Assembly: GCA_964550965.1 (NCBI GenBank)
Contig: CAZKCB010000002.1
Location: 1 to 25,176, forward strand
Direction: 5' to 3'
Source of the DNA: an uncultured Oscillospiraceae bacterium
GTDB taxonomy: Bacteria; Bacillota; Clostridia; Peptostreptococcales; Anaerovoracaceae
DNA: 25,176 nt
Under the pieces are notes generated by a model, which was not told the DNA's origin, made no database searches, and saw only the letters and a program-made list of their open reading frames with translations. A program made the position numbers and the translations under genes. Shown piece after piece: positions 25,022 to 25,176 of the stretch; the stretch's first letter is position 1, and each line of letters opens with the position of its first letter.

Positions 25022-25176
25022 AAGGGATCAGAGGGAGACTGGCGGCTAATTTTATAATCGTGATCCTGATTTCCGTATCCATTTTGGAAATACTTTTGAT
25101 CTACACTGTTCAGCAATAGTACTACGGCAGTTTAAAATGAAACTTAACGAATCAAGTAAAGATCAGCGCAGACATG
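25018..25176 (+). CDS. Start of cognate sensor histidine kinase (partial), with two in-frame stops
   Basis: ATGA overlap. MKGIRGRLAANFIIVILISVSILEILLIYTVQQ*YYGSLK*NLTNQVKISADM: basic start plus TM helix. Stops at 25117 (TAG) and 25138 (TGA). Confidence 0.6.

Noticed and set aside
11484-25140. Stop-codon reassignment or Sec/Pyl recoding explaining internal stops
   Set aside because: All three stop types occur internally, and TGA, TAG and TAA all end normal genes in this window.
1-25176. Integrase, transposase or reverse transcriptase in the window
   Set aside because: No ORF shows tyrosine/serine recombinase, DDE, HUH or RT motifs; the array's recombinase cannot be named from this window.
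1-25176. tRNA/rRNA or known riboswitch
   Set aside because: No cloverleaf, rRNA or riboswitch consensus recognised by eye; a covariance search was not possible.

Overview
25.2 kb from what looks like an anaerobic Clostridia-type (Bacillota) genome, inferred from the SLH protein, OatA, glycyl radical locus and sigma-A-like promoters. There are four blocks. (1) 1-5000: a decaying array of co-oriented, unrelated genes separated by a family of long GC-rich imperfect inverted repeats with integron attC-like ends (..TAAC / GTTA..). Two cassettes have complementary or near-complementary ends. No integrase is in the window. (2) 4992-6639: a convergent SLH surface protein and a universal stress protein. 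(3) 6754-13560: a compact locus of a divergent AraC/GH39-like regulator, a glycyl radical enzyme with a non-canonical GCIQ thiyl loop, its activating enzyme (interrupted by one TAA) and an NhaC-family transporter. (4) 13781-25176: a run of short accessory genes (4 GNATs, VanW-family, VOC, GyrI-like, Imm5-like, lipoproteins, an aspartate racemase damaged by an A-rich patch), then oatA-like and a two-component system cut by the window edge. Three genes carry in-frame stops without indels, so some base calls may be wrong. The best candidates for new biology are the integron-like cassette system in a Gram-positive lineage and the uncharacterised GRE.
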